DNA from: Terriglobia bacterium
GTDB lineage: Bacteria > Acidobacteriota > Terriglobia > 20CM-2-55-15
Direction of reading: 5' to 3'
Length of the DNA stretch: 64,000 bases
Assembly (NCBI GenBank): GCA_965198225.1
Contig: CBDAOY010000009.1
Coordinates: 960,001-1,024,000 of the forward strand
The notes beneath the pieces are model-generated. The model was not told the DNA's origin and made no database searches. It was given only the letters and a program-made list of their open reading frames with translations. Shown one piece after another: positions 47,592 to 57,603 of the stretch; position 1 is the stretch's first letter, and the number at the start of each line of letters is the position of its first letter. The translations under genes and the position numbers were made by a program.

Positions 47592-49817
47592 ATGAGAGTC
47601 CCGCCTGCTACGGTCCTGCTGGCAATCGTTCTGGTTCTGATTTCTCCGCTCGAGCTCCGAGCCCAGGAAGGAACCGTCCCGGTCGCCCGTGCGACTTTCG
47701 TCGAAGAGCCGCCCACCATCGACGGATTCGTCAATGACGCCGTCTGGGAACTGGCCGATCCAATCTCGGACTTCATCCAGTCTGAACCGGTCGAAGGAAC
47801 GCCGGCCTCGGAAAGGACCGTGGTCAAGATCGTCTACAACGACCGCGCGGTCTTCGTCGGCGTGATCTGCTACGATGACCAGCCCGACGAGATTCTGGTG
47901 ACCGACAGCCGCCGCGATTCCGGGATGAACGACACCGATTCGTTCCAAATAATCTTCGACACCTACCACGACCGCCAGAACGGCTTCGTCTTCGGCACGA
48001 ACCCGGCCGGGATCGAGTACGACGGACAGGTCAGCAACGAAGGCGGCGGAGGCGGCCGAGGCGGCGGAGGCCGCCGGCAGTCCGTCGGTACCGGCTCCGG
48101 CTTCAACAGGAACTGGGATGCGAGCTGGACGGTGCGTACCCACGTGAACGAAATCGGCTGGATGGCCGAGTTCGAGATCCCTTTGAGGAGTCTCCGCTAC
48201 GGCGACAAACCCCAGACCTGGGGGCTGAACTTTCAGCGCAATATCCGGCGCAAGCGCGAGCAGGTTTACTGGGCGCCGATCGAGCGCATCTACAATCTCT
48301 ATCGGCTCTCAGCCGCCGGGGAACTCCGTGGGCTTGAACTCGAGGCGCCTCGAAATTTCAAGGTGACGCCCTACGTGGTGGCTACGGCGGCCCGGAACTA
48401 CACGAACCCCGCAGAGTCGGAAACCCGGTTCGACGGCGATGGTGGGATCGACGCGAAATTCGGCGTGACGCCGAGTCTGAATCTGGACCTGACCTATAAC
48501 ACGGATTTTGCGCAGGTCGAAGTCGATGAGCAGCAGATAAACCTGACCCGGTTCAATATCCGTTTTCCAGAGAAACGCCCGTTTTTCCTCGAGAACGCCG
48601 GTCTGTTTGCTGTGGGCCGGGGCGGCGTCGACCTGTTCTTCAGCCGGAGGATCGGGATCAACGACGGTGCCGTGACACCCATCGTCGCCGGCGCGCGGCT
48701 GAGCGGCAAGGTCGGGACGTTCAACGTCGGGCTGCTCAACATGCAGACTGAAAAGGTCGACGGCGTCACGCCCGCGAACAACTTCAGCGTCGCCCGCGTC
48801 AGCCGGGAACTTCCGAACCGTTCGAGCCTCGGCGGGATCGTCGTGGGCAGGGACGCCACAGGTTCCGGCGCCGGATCCGGTGACTGGAACCGCACGTGGG
48901 GGTTCGACGGCAGGCTTGGCGTCGGCGCTTACACGAATTTCAGGGGCTTCATCGCAAGAACGGAAACGCCGGGCCGCGTGGGTCGCGAATCTGCCTACAA
49001 CGTCCGCGGCGAGTATTCGCGTCGTGGAGGACGCACGTGGTTCGAATTCACCCAGGTGGGCGGAGACTTCAACCCCGAGGTGGGATTCCTTACCCGCAGA
49101 GATTTCCGCTCCATCGAAACCGGGATCTTTCAGAACTGGCGGTTCGCCAGCCTCCCTGTCTTTCGCGAACTGCGCCCGCACGTAACTTATCGGAGCTGGT
49201 GGGACTTTGACGGTTTCAAGGAAACCTCAACTCTTCACATGGACACCCATTTCGATTTCGAAAGCGGGGACTATATCAGCCCGGCCTTCGAAATCGAGAC
49301 CGAGGGCCTGAAAGTTCCTTTCAAGATTTTCGAGACGGACGAGGGCGAGGAAATCATAATCCCGCCCGGTTCTTACACCAACGGCGGCATCAACTGGAAC
49401 ATGCACACCGACCCGAGCCGCCCGCTTTCAATAAACGGCAATTTGAGGATTGGCGGGTTCCTCACCGGGAACCAGCGTGAAGTCACAGCGACTGTGAGTG
49501 CGCGGAGAGGGTCGAATTTCAACACTTCCGTGAGCTGGAGGCGCAGCGACATCAATCTGCCTGAAGGGGAGTTTGTGACGAACCTCGTCGGGACTCGGTT
49601 CAACTACAGTTTCACGCCGCTGATCAATTTTCAGTCGCTCATCCAGTACAACGATGCCGCGGATAATTGGGCCGGCAACTTCCGGTTTGGCTGGTTGAAT
49701 ACTGCGGGTACGGGTCTCTTCGTCGTTTTCAACAATATACGGTCGCTCGAAGGTCTCGGACCGATCAACCGCAGCTTCATCGTGAAGTACACCCGCCAGT
49801 TCGACGTCCTGCGCTAG
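47592..49817 (+). CDS. CBM9-like / DUF5916 outer-membrane protein, paralogue 1
   Basis: Signal peptide, PTIDG...D.VW, FDTYHD..NGF.FGTNP.G, W.AEFEIP..SLRY, YNTDFAQVEVD....NLTRF...FPEKRPFFLEN, FFSRRIG. Confidence 0.85.
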   Translation: MRVPPATVLLAIVLVLISPLELRAQEGTVPVARATFVEEPPTIDGFVNDAVWELADPISDFIQSEPVEGTPASERTVVKIVYNDRAVFVGVICYDDQPDEILVTDSRRDSGMNDTDSFQIIFDTYHDRQNGFVFGTNPAGIEYDGQVSNEGGGGGRGGGGRRQSVGTGSGFNRNWDASWTVRTHVNEIGWMAEFEIPLRSLRYGDKPQTWGLNFQRNIRRKREQVYWAPIERIYNLYRLSAAGELRGLELEAPRNFKVTPYVVATAARNYTNPAESETRFDGDGGIDAKFGVTPSLNLDLTYNTDFAQVEVDEQQINLTRFNIRFPEKRPFFLENAGLFAVGRGGVDLFFSRRIGINDGAVTPIVAGARLSGKVGTFNVGLLNMQTEKVDGVTPANNFSVARVSRELPNRSSLGGIVVGRDATGSGAGSGDWNRTWGFDGRLGVGAYTNFRGFIARTETPGRVGRESAYNVRGEYSRRGGRTWFEFTQVGGDFNPEVGFLTRRDFRSIETGIFQNWRFASLPVFRELRPHVTYRSWWDFDGFKETSTLHMDTHFDFESGDYISPAFEIETEGLKVPFKIFETDEGEEIIIPPGSYTNGGINWNMHTDPSRPLSINGNLRIGGFLTGNQREVTATVSARRGSNFNTSVSWRRSDINLPEGEFVTNLVGTRFNYSFTPLINFQSLIQYNDAADNWAGNFRFGWLNTAGTGLFVVFNNIRSLEGLGPINRSFIVKYTRQFDVLR

Positions 49818-50090
49818 CAGCCCGTGGCAGAACTCTGCAGGGTCGCGCGCAGGGGTCTTCGGGTTGCAGGCGCGAAGAGAGGAGCGGAGCGATGATCATT
49901 CATCGTGACCGACGAGCGACAAAGCCTGCGGGCCGAACCCCCCTGCGCCCTTCGGGTTACGGCGAAACGGGGCCGTCTTCGTTGTCGGCGACTCCTCCCA
50001 ATGAATGAGCATTGTCTCGTCCTCACCTCCTAGAATCCGGCACCGTTTGGCCGTAACGCGGCCCTGCAGAGTTCTGCCACGGGCTGCTAG
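49814..50090 (+). mobile_element. MITE-like element, copy 3
   Basis: Same TIRs and body as copy 1; its left CTAG contains the stop codon of the upstream gene. Confidence 0.9.
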
Positions 50091-50248
50091 CAGCTGCTAA
50101 ACCTGCATGACCGCTCGGCATTGTCGTATCGCATAAAGTTGATACAATGGCGCCCTTGTGTATCGCGGGCATACGAATCCGCGTACATATAAACAGGTTG
50201 CGCCCTTCCGGGGATGGTTCAATTGATCTACAGGGGATTGGAATCATA

Positions 50249-52492
50249 ATGCCGAGACTACTTTCTGTTTGTGTGCCGTTAGCAATTGTTGTCGTCCTTT
50301 TCGCCCCACTCGGACTACGGGCTCAGGATGACTTCAGGGTTGCCCGCGCTGCCTACGTGGATGAACCGCCCACGATCGACGGATCCGTCGACGATGCCGT
50401 CTGGGAACTGGCCGACCCGATCACGGACTTCATCCAGGCTGAACCGGTCGAGGGAACACCGGCCTCGGAGAGGACGGTCGTCAAGATCGTATACAACAAC
50501 CGCGCTGTCTTCGTGGGAGTCATTTGCTATGACGCCGAACCGGACGAGATTCTGGTAACCGACAGCCGCCGCGACTCCGACCTCGGGGATACCGATTCGT
50601 TCCAGATCATCTTTGACACGTACCACGATCGCCAGAACGGCTTCGTGTTCGGTACGAACCCGGCCGGGATCGAGTACGACGGTCAGGTCAGCAATGAAGG
50701 CCAGGGAGGCGGCGGCGGAGGCCGCCGTCGTGGGAATGCTCAGTCGGGTTCCGGTTCCGGTTTCAACAAGAACTGGGACGCGAGCTGGACCGTGCGCACG
50801 CACGTGAACGAAGTGGGATGGATGGCCGAGTTCGAAATCCCGCTCCGGAGTCTCAGGTATGGAGATCAGCCTCAGGTCTGGGGCATGAATTTCCAGCGCA
50901 ACATCCGCCGCAAGCGAGAACAGGTCTACTGGGCGCCGATCGAGCGAATCTACAACCTTTACCGCCTGTCTTCCGCCGGGGAGCTTCATGGGCTCGAGTT
51001 GGAGACGCCGCGCAACTTCAAAGTCACTCCTTACGCCGTGGCGACGGCATCCCGCAACTACCTCAACCCGGCGGAGACCGAAACGGATTTTGACCCCGAC
51101 GCAGGTCTGGACGCCAAGTTCGGCGTCACCCCGAGCCTCAACCTGGACCTGACTTACAACACCGACTTCGCCCAGGTCGAGGTCGACGAACAGGTGATCA
51201 ACCTGACACGGTTCAATGTCCGTTTTCCCGAGAAGCGTCCATTCTTCCTCGAGAACGCGGGGCTTTTCGCCGCGGGCAAGAGCGGCGTCGACCTGTTCTT
51301 CAGCCGGAGGATCGGTATAGATTCATCCGGTGTAGAGGTCCCTATAATCGGCGGCGCCAGGTTGAGCGGCAAGGTCGGAGCCTTTAACGTCGGAGTCCTC
51401 AACATGGAGACCGACGACATCGCCGGCGTGACATCGAAGAACAACTTCACCGTCGCTCGCGTCAGCCGCGAGCTTCCGAATCGGACCGCCTTTGGTGGAA
51501 TCGTGGTCAACCGGGAGGCGAATGGGGCGAATGCCGGACCGGACGACTGGAACCGGACCTGGGGGGTCGACGGCAGGCTCGGCATCGGTTCGTACACTGA
51601 CTTTCGTGGTTTCATCGCCCGAACCGAGACTCCCGGTCGCACCGCCGGCGAGGGAGCCTACAGCCTCCGCGGGGAGTACAAGCGTGTGGGAGGGGACTTC
51701 CACGTCGAGTACACGCAGGTCGACGAAGACTTCAACCCCGAAGTCGGTTTCCTCACCCGCCGTGCATACCGGTATAGCGACATCGGTTTCATGATCCGCA
51801 AGCGCTTTCCGGACATCCCGTGGCTGCGCGAGTTGCGACCGCATTCGTCCGCACGAACCCATTGGGATCTCGACGGTTTCAAGGAAACCGAGGAGATCCA
51901 CATCGATACCCACGTCGATTTCGAGAGCGGGTGGTTCTTCAGCCCCGCTGTGAACGTGACGACGGAAGGCTTGAAAGTGCCGTTCGAGATCTCGGAAGGC
52001 ATCTTCATCCTGCCGGGCACCTACAAGCATGCGGAGATCGACTGGAGATTCAACACCGATTCAAGCCGGGCGCTGTCTTTCAGCTCGACGCTCACGGTCG
52101 GCGGATTCTACAGCGGCAACCAGAGGTCGTTCTCGACGACTGTGAATGGCCGCAGAGGCTCGAACCTCAGTGCTTCGGTGGCCTGGAACCGCGGCGACAT
52201 CAACTTGCCCGAGGGTGAGTTCGTCACCGATCTCGTTCAGACACGCTTCAACTACAGCTTCACGCCGCTGATCAACCTTCAGTCGCTCGTCCAGTACAAC
52301 ACCCGATCCAGCAATTGGAGCGGCAACTTCCGTTTCGGCTGGTTGAACACCGCCGGGACCGGTTTATTCATCGTCTACAACGAGACTCAGGGGCTGGAAG
52401 GATTCACCGCGCCCCGCGCCGATCGGCACTTCGGTCCGATCCGCCGCAGTCTCATTGTCAAGTTTTCGCGTCAGTTCGACGTCCTTCGGTAA
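50249..52492 (+). CDS. CBM9-like / DUF5916 outer-membrane protein, paralogue 2
   Basis: Colinear with 47592-49817 and shares the same motifs. Confidence 0.85.
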   Translation: MPRLLSVCVPLAIVVVLFAPLGLRAQDDFRVARAAYVDEPPTIDGSVDDAVWELADPITDFIQAEPVEGTPASERTVVKIVYNNRAVFVGVICYDAEPDEILVTDSRRDSDLGDTDSFQIIFDTYHDRQNGFVFGTNPAGIEYDGQVSNEGQGGGGGGRRRGNAQSGSGSGFNKNWDASWTVRTHVNEVGWMAEFEIPLRSLRYGDQPQVWGMNFQRNIRRKREQVYWAPIERIYNLYRLSSAGELHGLELETPRNFKVTPYAVATASRNYLNPAETETDFDPDAGLDAKFGVTPSLNLDLTYNTDFAQVEVDEQVINLTRFNVRFPEKRPFFLENAGLFAAGKSGVDLFFSRRIGIDSSGVEVPIIGGARLSGKVGAFNVGVLNMETDDIAGVTSKNNFTVARVSRELPNRTAFGGIVVNREANGANAGPDDWNRTWGVDGRLGIGSYTDFRGFIARTETPGRTAGEGAYSLRGEYKRVGGDFHVEYTQVDEDFNPEVGFLTRRAYRYSDIGFMIRKRFPDIPWLRELRPHSSARTHWDLDGFKETEEIHIDTHVDFESGWFFSPAVNVTTEGLKVPFEISEGIFILPGTYKHAEIDWRFNTDSSRALSFSSTLTVGGFYSGNQRSFSTTVNGRRGSNLSASVAWNRGDINLPEGEFVTDLVQTRFNYSFTPLINLQSLVQYNTRSSNWSGNFRFGWLNTAGTGLFIVYNETQGLEGFTAPRADRHFGPIRRSLIVKFSRQFDVLR

Positions 52493-52514
52493 GGTGAATC
52501 TGCAGGGGGAAGGT

Positions 52515-53855
52515 GTGAGACACGCTATCAGCGCGGTGGCCGCGGTTCTGTTGCTCGCTTCTGTCGCCCACGCCCAGGGTGCTCTCGAAGACACGGTCCG
52601 CGAGGAAGTGTCTTCGCTGATGGACACCTACACATACCTCCATTCCAACCCGGAACTGTCCTACTTCGAGAAAGAGACAGCGGCCTACCTCGCCGAAGAG
52701 CTGCGGCAGCTCGGTTTCACCGTGAGCGAGGAACTGGGGGACTATGGGGTGGAGGGTCGCACGTCCTACGGGTTGGTGGCGGTGCTGGAGAACGGGGAGG
52801 GTCCGACCGTTCTGGTGCGGACCGACACCGACGCGCTTCCTGTCACCGAAGCGACGGGGGCTCCATTTGCCAGCACGGTGAAAACCCGCGACGAGAACGG
52901 TAACGAAGTCGGCGTGATGCACGCCTGCGGCCACGACATACACATGACCAGCTTTCTGGGCGCCGCGAGAATGCTGACCCGGATGAAGGATCAGTGGGCC
53001 GGAACGCTGGTGATGATTGGCCAGCCGGCCGAAGAGCGGGGCGCCGGCGCCCGATCGATGCTCGCCGACGGACTCTATGAGCGTTTCCCGCTGCCCGACT
53101 ACGGTCTTGCTCTCCACATCCATGCGGCGGTCGAGGCCGGCAAGGTCGGCTTCGCCTCGGGCTATCACATGGCTAGTGTCGATTCCGTCGACATCACGGT
53201 CAAGGGGCGTGGCGGACACGGTGCGTACCCTCACACGACGATAGATCCTGTCGTAATCGCGGCCCGGATCGTGACCGGCCTGCAGACACTCGTCAGCAGG
53301 GAAGTCTCCCCTCTGGATTCCGCTGTGGTGACGGTGGGCTCGATCCATGGTGGAAGCAAGCACAACATCATCCCCGACGACGTCCGCATGCAATTGACCG
53401 TGCGTTCTTATAAGCCTGAGGTGCGCCGGCAGGTGCTGGACGGAATCCGGCGCGTCGCGATGGGAGTGGCGCTCTCAGCGGGGGTGCCGCCGGAACTCGA
53501 GCCTGTCGTAACGGTCGCGGAGGAGGAGTTCACCCCCGCGAGCTACAACGATCCGAACCTTGTAGACCGTGTTGTCGAAGTGTTCCGCGGCACGTTCGGA
53601 GAGGAGCGAGTCGTCGAAGTCGAACCGGTCATGGGCGGGGAAGACTTCTCGCGCTACGGGCTCCAGGAGCACAAAGTGCCACTTTTCATGTTCCGCGTCG
53701 GAGCGGTCGATCCTGCGACCTATGCCCAGTACCAGACCGCGGGCCGGACCCTGCCCTCTCTGCATTCCAGCGAATTCCTGCCGCTCGCCGAACCGGCCAT
53801 CCGGACCGGTATCACCGCGATGACCTCGGCGGTTTTGGAGCTGCTGAAAAAGTAG
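52515..53855 (+). CDS. Secreted M20D amidohydrolase (hippurate hydrolase-like)
   Basis: LHSNPELS..E, RTDTDALP, MHACGHD.H, QPAEE, GRGGHGAYPH, MGGEDFS, SLHSS. Confidence 0.92.
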   Translation: MRHAISAVAAVLLLASVAHAQGALEDTVREEVSSLMDTYTYLHSNPELSYFEKETAAYLAEELRQLGFTVSEELGDYGVEGRTSYGLVAVLENGEGPTVLVRTDTDALPVTEATGAPFASTVKTRDENGNEVGVMHACGHDIHMTSFLGAARMLTRMKDQWAGTLVMIGQPAEERGAGARSMLADGLYERFPLPDYGLALHIHAAVEAGKVGFASGYHMASVDSVDITVKGRGGHGAYPHTTIDPVVIAARIVTGLQTLVSREVSPLDSAVVTVGSIHGGSKHNIIPDDVRMQLTVRSYKPEVRRQVLDGIRRVAMGVALSAGVPPELEPVVTVAEEEFTPASYNDPNLVDRVVEVFRGTFGEERVVEVEPVMGGEDFSRYGLQEHKVPLFMFRVGAVDPATYAQYQTAGRTLPSLHSSEFLPLAEPAIRTGITAMTSAVLELLKK

Positions 53856-53871
53856 TCAGGCAAGAACCATC

Positions 53872-53955
53872 CAAACTCCCCTCCTCAGATGAGGAGGGGT
53901 GGCGCGAAGCGTCGGGGTGGTGTTGACAGGGCAGAAACCACCCCGTCTGCGCTCC
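53872..53955. repeat. Family B palindromic repeat
   Basis: Nearly identical to 8168-8222, plus a CCACCCCGTCTGCGC arm. Confidence 0.8.
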
Positions 53956-54168
53956 TGCCGGTTGGTTCCCAAGACTTTTCTGCTTAGCCAACACCCGGGG
54001 ACAGGGCCAGGCCCCTGTCCCCCTCACATTGGCTCTCTCACGGACGTTCCGCTAGGCGACCTTGCCCAACGAAATCCGTTGACACTGTCCGTCCGCCCGG
54101 CTACGTTTGCCTGCCTATCGATTGATTCAGCTAGTGGCCTGTTACAGGTCACTAGAGGGGAATAGAAA

Positions 54169-55485
54169 ATGGAAACACTGTTGAGGGTCTGGGCCGGAGC
54201 CGTGCTGGCGGCGGTTGCTGCTGCGGGCTGCGCACAGCCAGTCGAGCAAGACACAACACCGACCGAAGAAGAGATCATTGCGCTGGCGAGGGGGATCCAC
54301 GATCGGGTTCTGACCATCGATACCCACGACGACATTCCGTTCAACTTTGCCACCGAAGAGGTCGATCCCGGCGTTCGCGGTAACCGGAAAGTCGACATAC
54401 CCAAGATGGTCGAAGGCGGTCTGGACGTCGGCTTCTTCGTCGTCTACGTTGGCCAGGGTGAACGCGACGAGTACGAGTTCGCCAAAGAACGCGCGATGAC
54501 CAAGTTCGATGCGATCCACCGAATGACCGAGGACATGCACCCCGACAAGATCGAGCTGGCCCACACGGCCGACGATGTCGAGAGGATCGCCGCGTCAGGC
54601 AAACTGGTCGCCGCGATCGGCATCGAGAACGGTTGGGTTATCGGGAAGGATCTGGCCCTGATCGAGACGTACCACGAGCTGGGAGCGCGTTACGTAACGC
54701 TGGCCCACAATGGTCACAACGACATCTGTGATTCCGCCAACCCACGACCGCAGCTCGGGGACGAAGAATCCGAGCACGATGGCGTCAGTGAGTTCGGCGA
54801 GCAGGTCATAGCCGAAATGAACCGTGTCGGTATCATGGTCGATGTTTCCCACATTTCGAAGAAGTCGATGCTGGATGCGGCCAGGCTTTCTCGGGCCCCG
54901 GTTATCGCTTCTCACTCCAGTACCAGAGCGTTGTGTGACGTCTCCCGCAATATGGATGATGAACAGTTGCTGGCCCTCAAGGAGAATGGGGGTGTGATGC
55001 AGACGGTCGCACTCGCCGGCTTCGTCAAAGTCGACCCCGGGAGGAATGACTCTATCGCCGCGCTGCGTGAGGAGCTGGGTCTCGAGGGGGGACGGGGCCG
55101 CGGCGGTCGTGGCCGCGGTGGGCAGGCCGCGCAGCTGTCTGAATCCGAGCTGGCGGAGCGGCAGGCACGGCAAACTCAGTTTGACGAGCGCATGCAAGCC
55201 ATCGACGAGCAGTACCCGCCGGCCAACGTCCAGGACTTCGTCGACCACATCGATCACGCTGTCAACCTCATCGGCGTCGACCATGTTGGCATCAGCTCCG
55301 ACTTTGACGGGGGTGGTGGAATTGTCGGCTGGAACGATGCCAGCGAGACCTTCAACGTGACGCTCGAGCTCGTTCGCCGCGGCTACTCCGAAGAGGAAAT
55401 CGCCAAGCTGTGGGGCGGCAATCTCTTGCGCGTGTGGCGGGAGACCGAGCGTGTCGCGGAGGAGATGAAGGCGGAGGAAGACTAG
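54169..55485 (+). CDS. Membrane dipeptidase (M19), lipoprotein
   Basis: Lipobox AAAGC, IDTHDD, GIENG, TLAHNGHN, VDVSH, ASHSS, RNMDD, DHVGISSDFDGGG, WGGNLLRV. Confidence 0.93.
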   Translation: METLLRVWAGAVLAAVAAAGCAQPVEQDTTPTEEEIIALARGIHDRVLTIDTHDDIPFNFATEEVDPGVRGNRKVDIPKMVEGGLDVGFFVVYVGQGERDEYEFAKERAMTKFDAIHRMTEDMHPDKIELAHTADDVERIAASGKLVAAIGIENGWVIGKDLALIETYHELGARYVTLAHNGHNDICDSANPRPQLGDEESEHDGVSEFGEQVIAEMNRVGIMVDVSHISKKSMLDAARLSRAPVIASHSSTRALCDVSRNMDDEQLLALKENGGVMQTVALAGFVKVDPGRNDSIAALREELGLEGGRGRGGRGRGGQAAQLSESELAERQARQTQFDERMQAIDEQYPPANVQDFVDHIDHAVNLIGVDHVGISSDFDGGGGIVGWNDASETFNVTLELVRRGYSEEEIAKLWGGNLLRVWRETERVAEEMKAEED

Positions 55486-55490
55486 CGTTG

Positions 55491-55531
55491 GTTCGAGAGC
55501 CGGTGCGGACTTACCGCACCGGCTCTCGAAC
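55491..55531. terminator. Long perfect hairpin, possibly a bidirectional terminator
   Basis: GTTCGAGAGCCGGTGCGG-ACTTA-CCGCACCGGCTCTCGAAC. Confidence 0.7.
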
Positions 55532-55716
55532 AGTAGTCCGTTGTTCGTTGTCGCTAGTCAGCGACTTCATCGACTTACCAATCATCCGTCACGCGTTGCT
55601 CTCGGGATGAGCCCAACTGACGACTGACTACTGTCACCCTCATCCAGTCATACCCATGACGCTTTTCAGGAACCGTTCCCACCGAGTGACTGTTTCTTGA
55701 CATCACGGAAGTGGTG

Positions 55717-55731
55717 GCAAGACCCTGCCCA
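55717..55731 (-). promoter_or_regulatory. Candidate sigma-54 promoter facing a gene-free region
   Basis: TGGGCAGGGTCTTGC (GG-N10-GC); the upstream flank TTAGACAATGG is identical to that of the pilin promoter at 17239. Confidence 0.45.
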
Positions 55732-55797
55732 TTGTCTAATCGATTGAATATGGGCTAGTTATTAGTATTCCCGGGCAATCGATCCGAGCGGCGATGT

Positions 55798-55813
55798 TGG
55801 TAGCGGAGCTGCA
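55798..55813 (+). promoter_or_regulatory. Candidate sigma-54 promoter
   Basis: TGGTAGCGGAGCTGCA (GG-N10-GC), ~60 nt upstream of 55876. Confidence 0.4.
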
Positions 55814-55875
55814 CAATCTGATGACCAGGAACCAAAATCCGATCACGAGTGAGATGTGAGCACAGGAGGTGCGCG

Positions 55876-56319
55876 ATGGTGGCGAAAGATTTCTTAACTG
55901 ATTTGAGAGACACATGTGATCTGTTCAGCTGGGAAGTTCAACCACGAAACCGACACTTGCGGGGAGCTCTCAAGACGGGCGAAACCCGCGTACCCTTCGA
56001 TCCGATCACGGCCTTGGCTTTTGTGAAGAGCGGGCGAGCGTTCGCCCAGGGCGACTGGCTGCGCGCGGGCCGGATGCTCGGACTCTCCGAGAACGACAGC
56101 GACTCGATCATCGATGCCGCCAACAACAAGTTGTGGAAGCACGTCGAGAATGAAACGGCGCTGGATGGCTACGCCGAATGGCTTCGTGCCGAGATAATCA
56201 GCGCTGTCGGGTTGGAGCCCGAGTTCGAGTCGGAGCCGATTCTGAGCGAGGATGACCTGGCTGAAACCGCTCAACCAACTGCAGGGCGACAGCGCGAAGC
56301 TGAGCCCGCACATGTTTAG
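55876..56319 (+). CDS. Hypothetical protein
   Basis: AGGAGG RBS and coding-like composition; same orientation as the downstream Clp-like ATPase. Confidence 0.7.
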   Translation: MVAKDFLTDLRDTCDLFSWEVQPRNRHLRGALKTGETRVPFDPITALAFVKSGRAFAQGDWLRAGRMLGLSENDSDSIIDAANNKLWKHVENETALDGYAEWLRAEIISAVGLEPEFESEPILSEDDLAETAQPTAGRQREAEPAHV

Positions 56320-56352
56320 GCCTCTCCCGGCGCACCGGACCAGGAGTTAGAC

Positions 56353-57528
56353 ATGAGCAGTTCATACGCGCCCCAGCAAGTCGTCCTCGACCCCGAGATA
56401 CGCAGTCCGGAAGTTCAGGAGTTCGAGAAGGCGCTCACTGACAAGATCGTAGGGCAGGAACGGGCCGTTCGACGAATGGTCAACATGTACCAGATCTTCC
56501 TCGCCGGGATGAACGTGCCCGGCCGGCCGGTCGGCACGATGCTTTTCCTCGGACCCACCGGATCGGGAAAGACGCGGGTCGTGGAGGCTTCGGCCGAGAT
56601 CCTCTTCGGTCATACCCGAGCGTTTATCAAGATCGACTGCGCGGAGTTCCAGCACAGCCACGAAATCGCGAAACTCATCGGTTCGCCGCCGGGATATCTG
56701 GGACACCGCGAAACGCCTCCTTTGCTGACCCAGGAAGCTCTCGACCAATACCACACCGACAGTCTGAAGCTCAGTTTCCTGCTCTTCGACGAGATCGAGA
56801 AAGCGGACGATTCACTGTGGCAGCTGCTGCTTGGGGTGCTCGACAAAGGCACGCTCACGCTGGGCGACAACCGCAAGGTGGATTTCTCCAAAACGATCGT
56901 CGTAATGACGTCCAACCTGGGCGCCGCCGAGATGGGCAAGCTCGTCGAGGGCGGAATCGGGTTCTCCTCGGCCAAGCCGGGAGAGATCGACATTGAAACG
57001 ATAGACCAGAAGATCTACCGCACCGCGACTGAAGTCGCGAAGAAAAAATTCACGCCGGAGTTCATGAACAGGATCGACAAGGTGGTCGTCTTTAGAACCC
57101 TCGCGCGGGAGCACCTGAGAAGTATCGTAGAGCTGGAACTCAACGAAGTACGAAACCGAATCATGACATCCCAGTCGGGTCGGCAGTTCATCCTCCACTG
57201 TACGGACGTCGTGAAAGACTTCTTGTTGGATGAGGGAACGGACATGAGGTATGGCGCCCGACATTTGAAAAGGGCGATCGAACGATTCCTCGTATTCCCT
57301 CTCTCGAATTTGATTGCGACCGGCCAGATCGAGCTCGGTGATCTGATCAAAGTCGACTTGAACCCTGAGAAAGAGAAGCTGAATTTCGTCCGCGAACGTT
57401 CGGCTCCCTTCATGAACCCCTTGCGAGAATCGAGTGCCGACGAGTCAGAGTATTACAGCCACGCGGCGCCGTCGATTCCCGATACCCGCATCGGTCCCGC
57501 CAACACGGATACGCCAAGCGTTTTCTAG
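56353..57528 (+). CDS. Single-domain ClpA/ClpB-like AAA+ ATPase (NBD2 + D2-small only)
   Basis: [41 protein letters not shown]...VDF, MTSNLG, PEFMNRID, YGAR.LKR. Confidence 0.9.
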   Translation: MSSSYAPQQVVLDPEIRSPEVQEFEKALTDKIVGQERAVRRMVNMYQIFLAGMNVPGRPVGTMLFLGPTGSGKTRVVEASAEILFGHTRAFIKIDCAEFQHSHEIAKLIGSPPGYLGHRETPPLLTQEALDQYHTDSLKLSFLLFDEIEKADDSLWQLLLGVLDKGTLTLGDNRKVDFSKTIVVMTSNLGAAEMGKLVEGGIGFSSAKPGEIDIETIDQKIYRTATEVAKKKFTPEFMNRIDKVVVFRTLAREHLRSIVELELNEVRNRIMTSQSGRQFILHCTDVVKDFLLDEGTDMRYGARHLKRAIERFLVFPLSNLIATGQIELGDLIKVDLNPEKEKLNFVRERSAPFMNPLRESSADESEYYSHAAPSIPDTRIGPANTDTPSVF

Positions 57529-57603
57529 CATCCCAGCCTTATAAGAGTCGCTTCTGTCGCAATAAGCTTGAAAGGGTCCCCAGGGGGCCCTTTTGCTTTT
57601 CTT

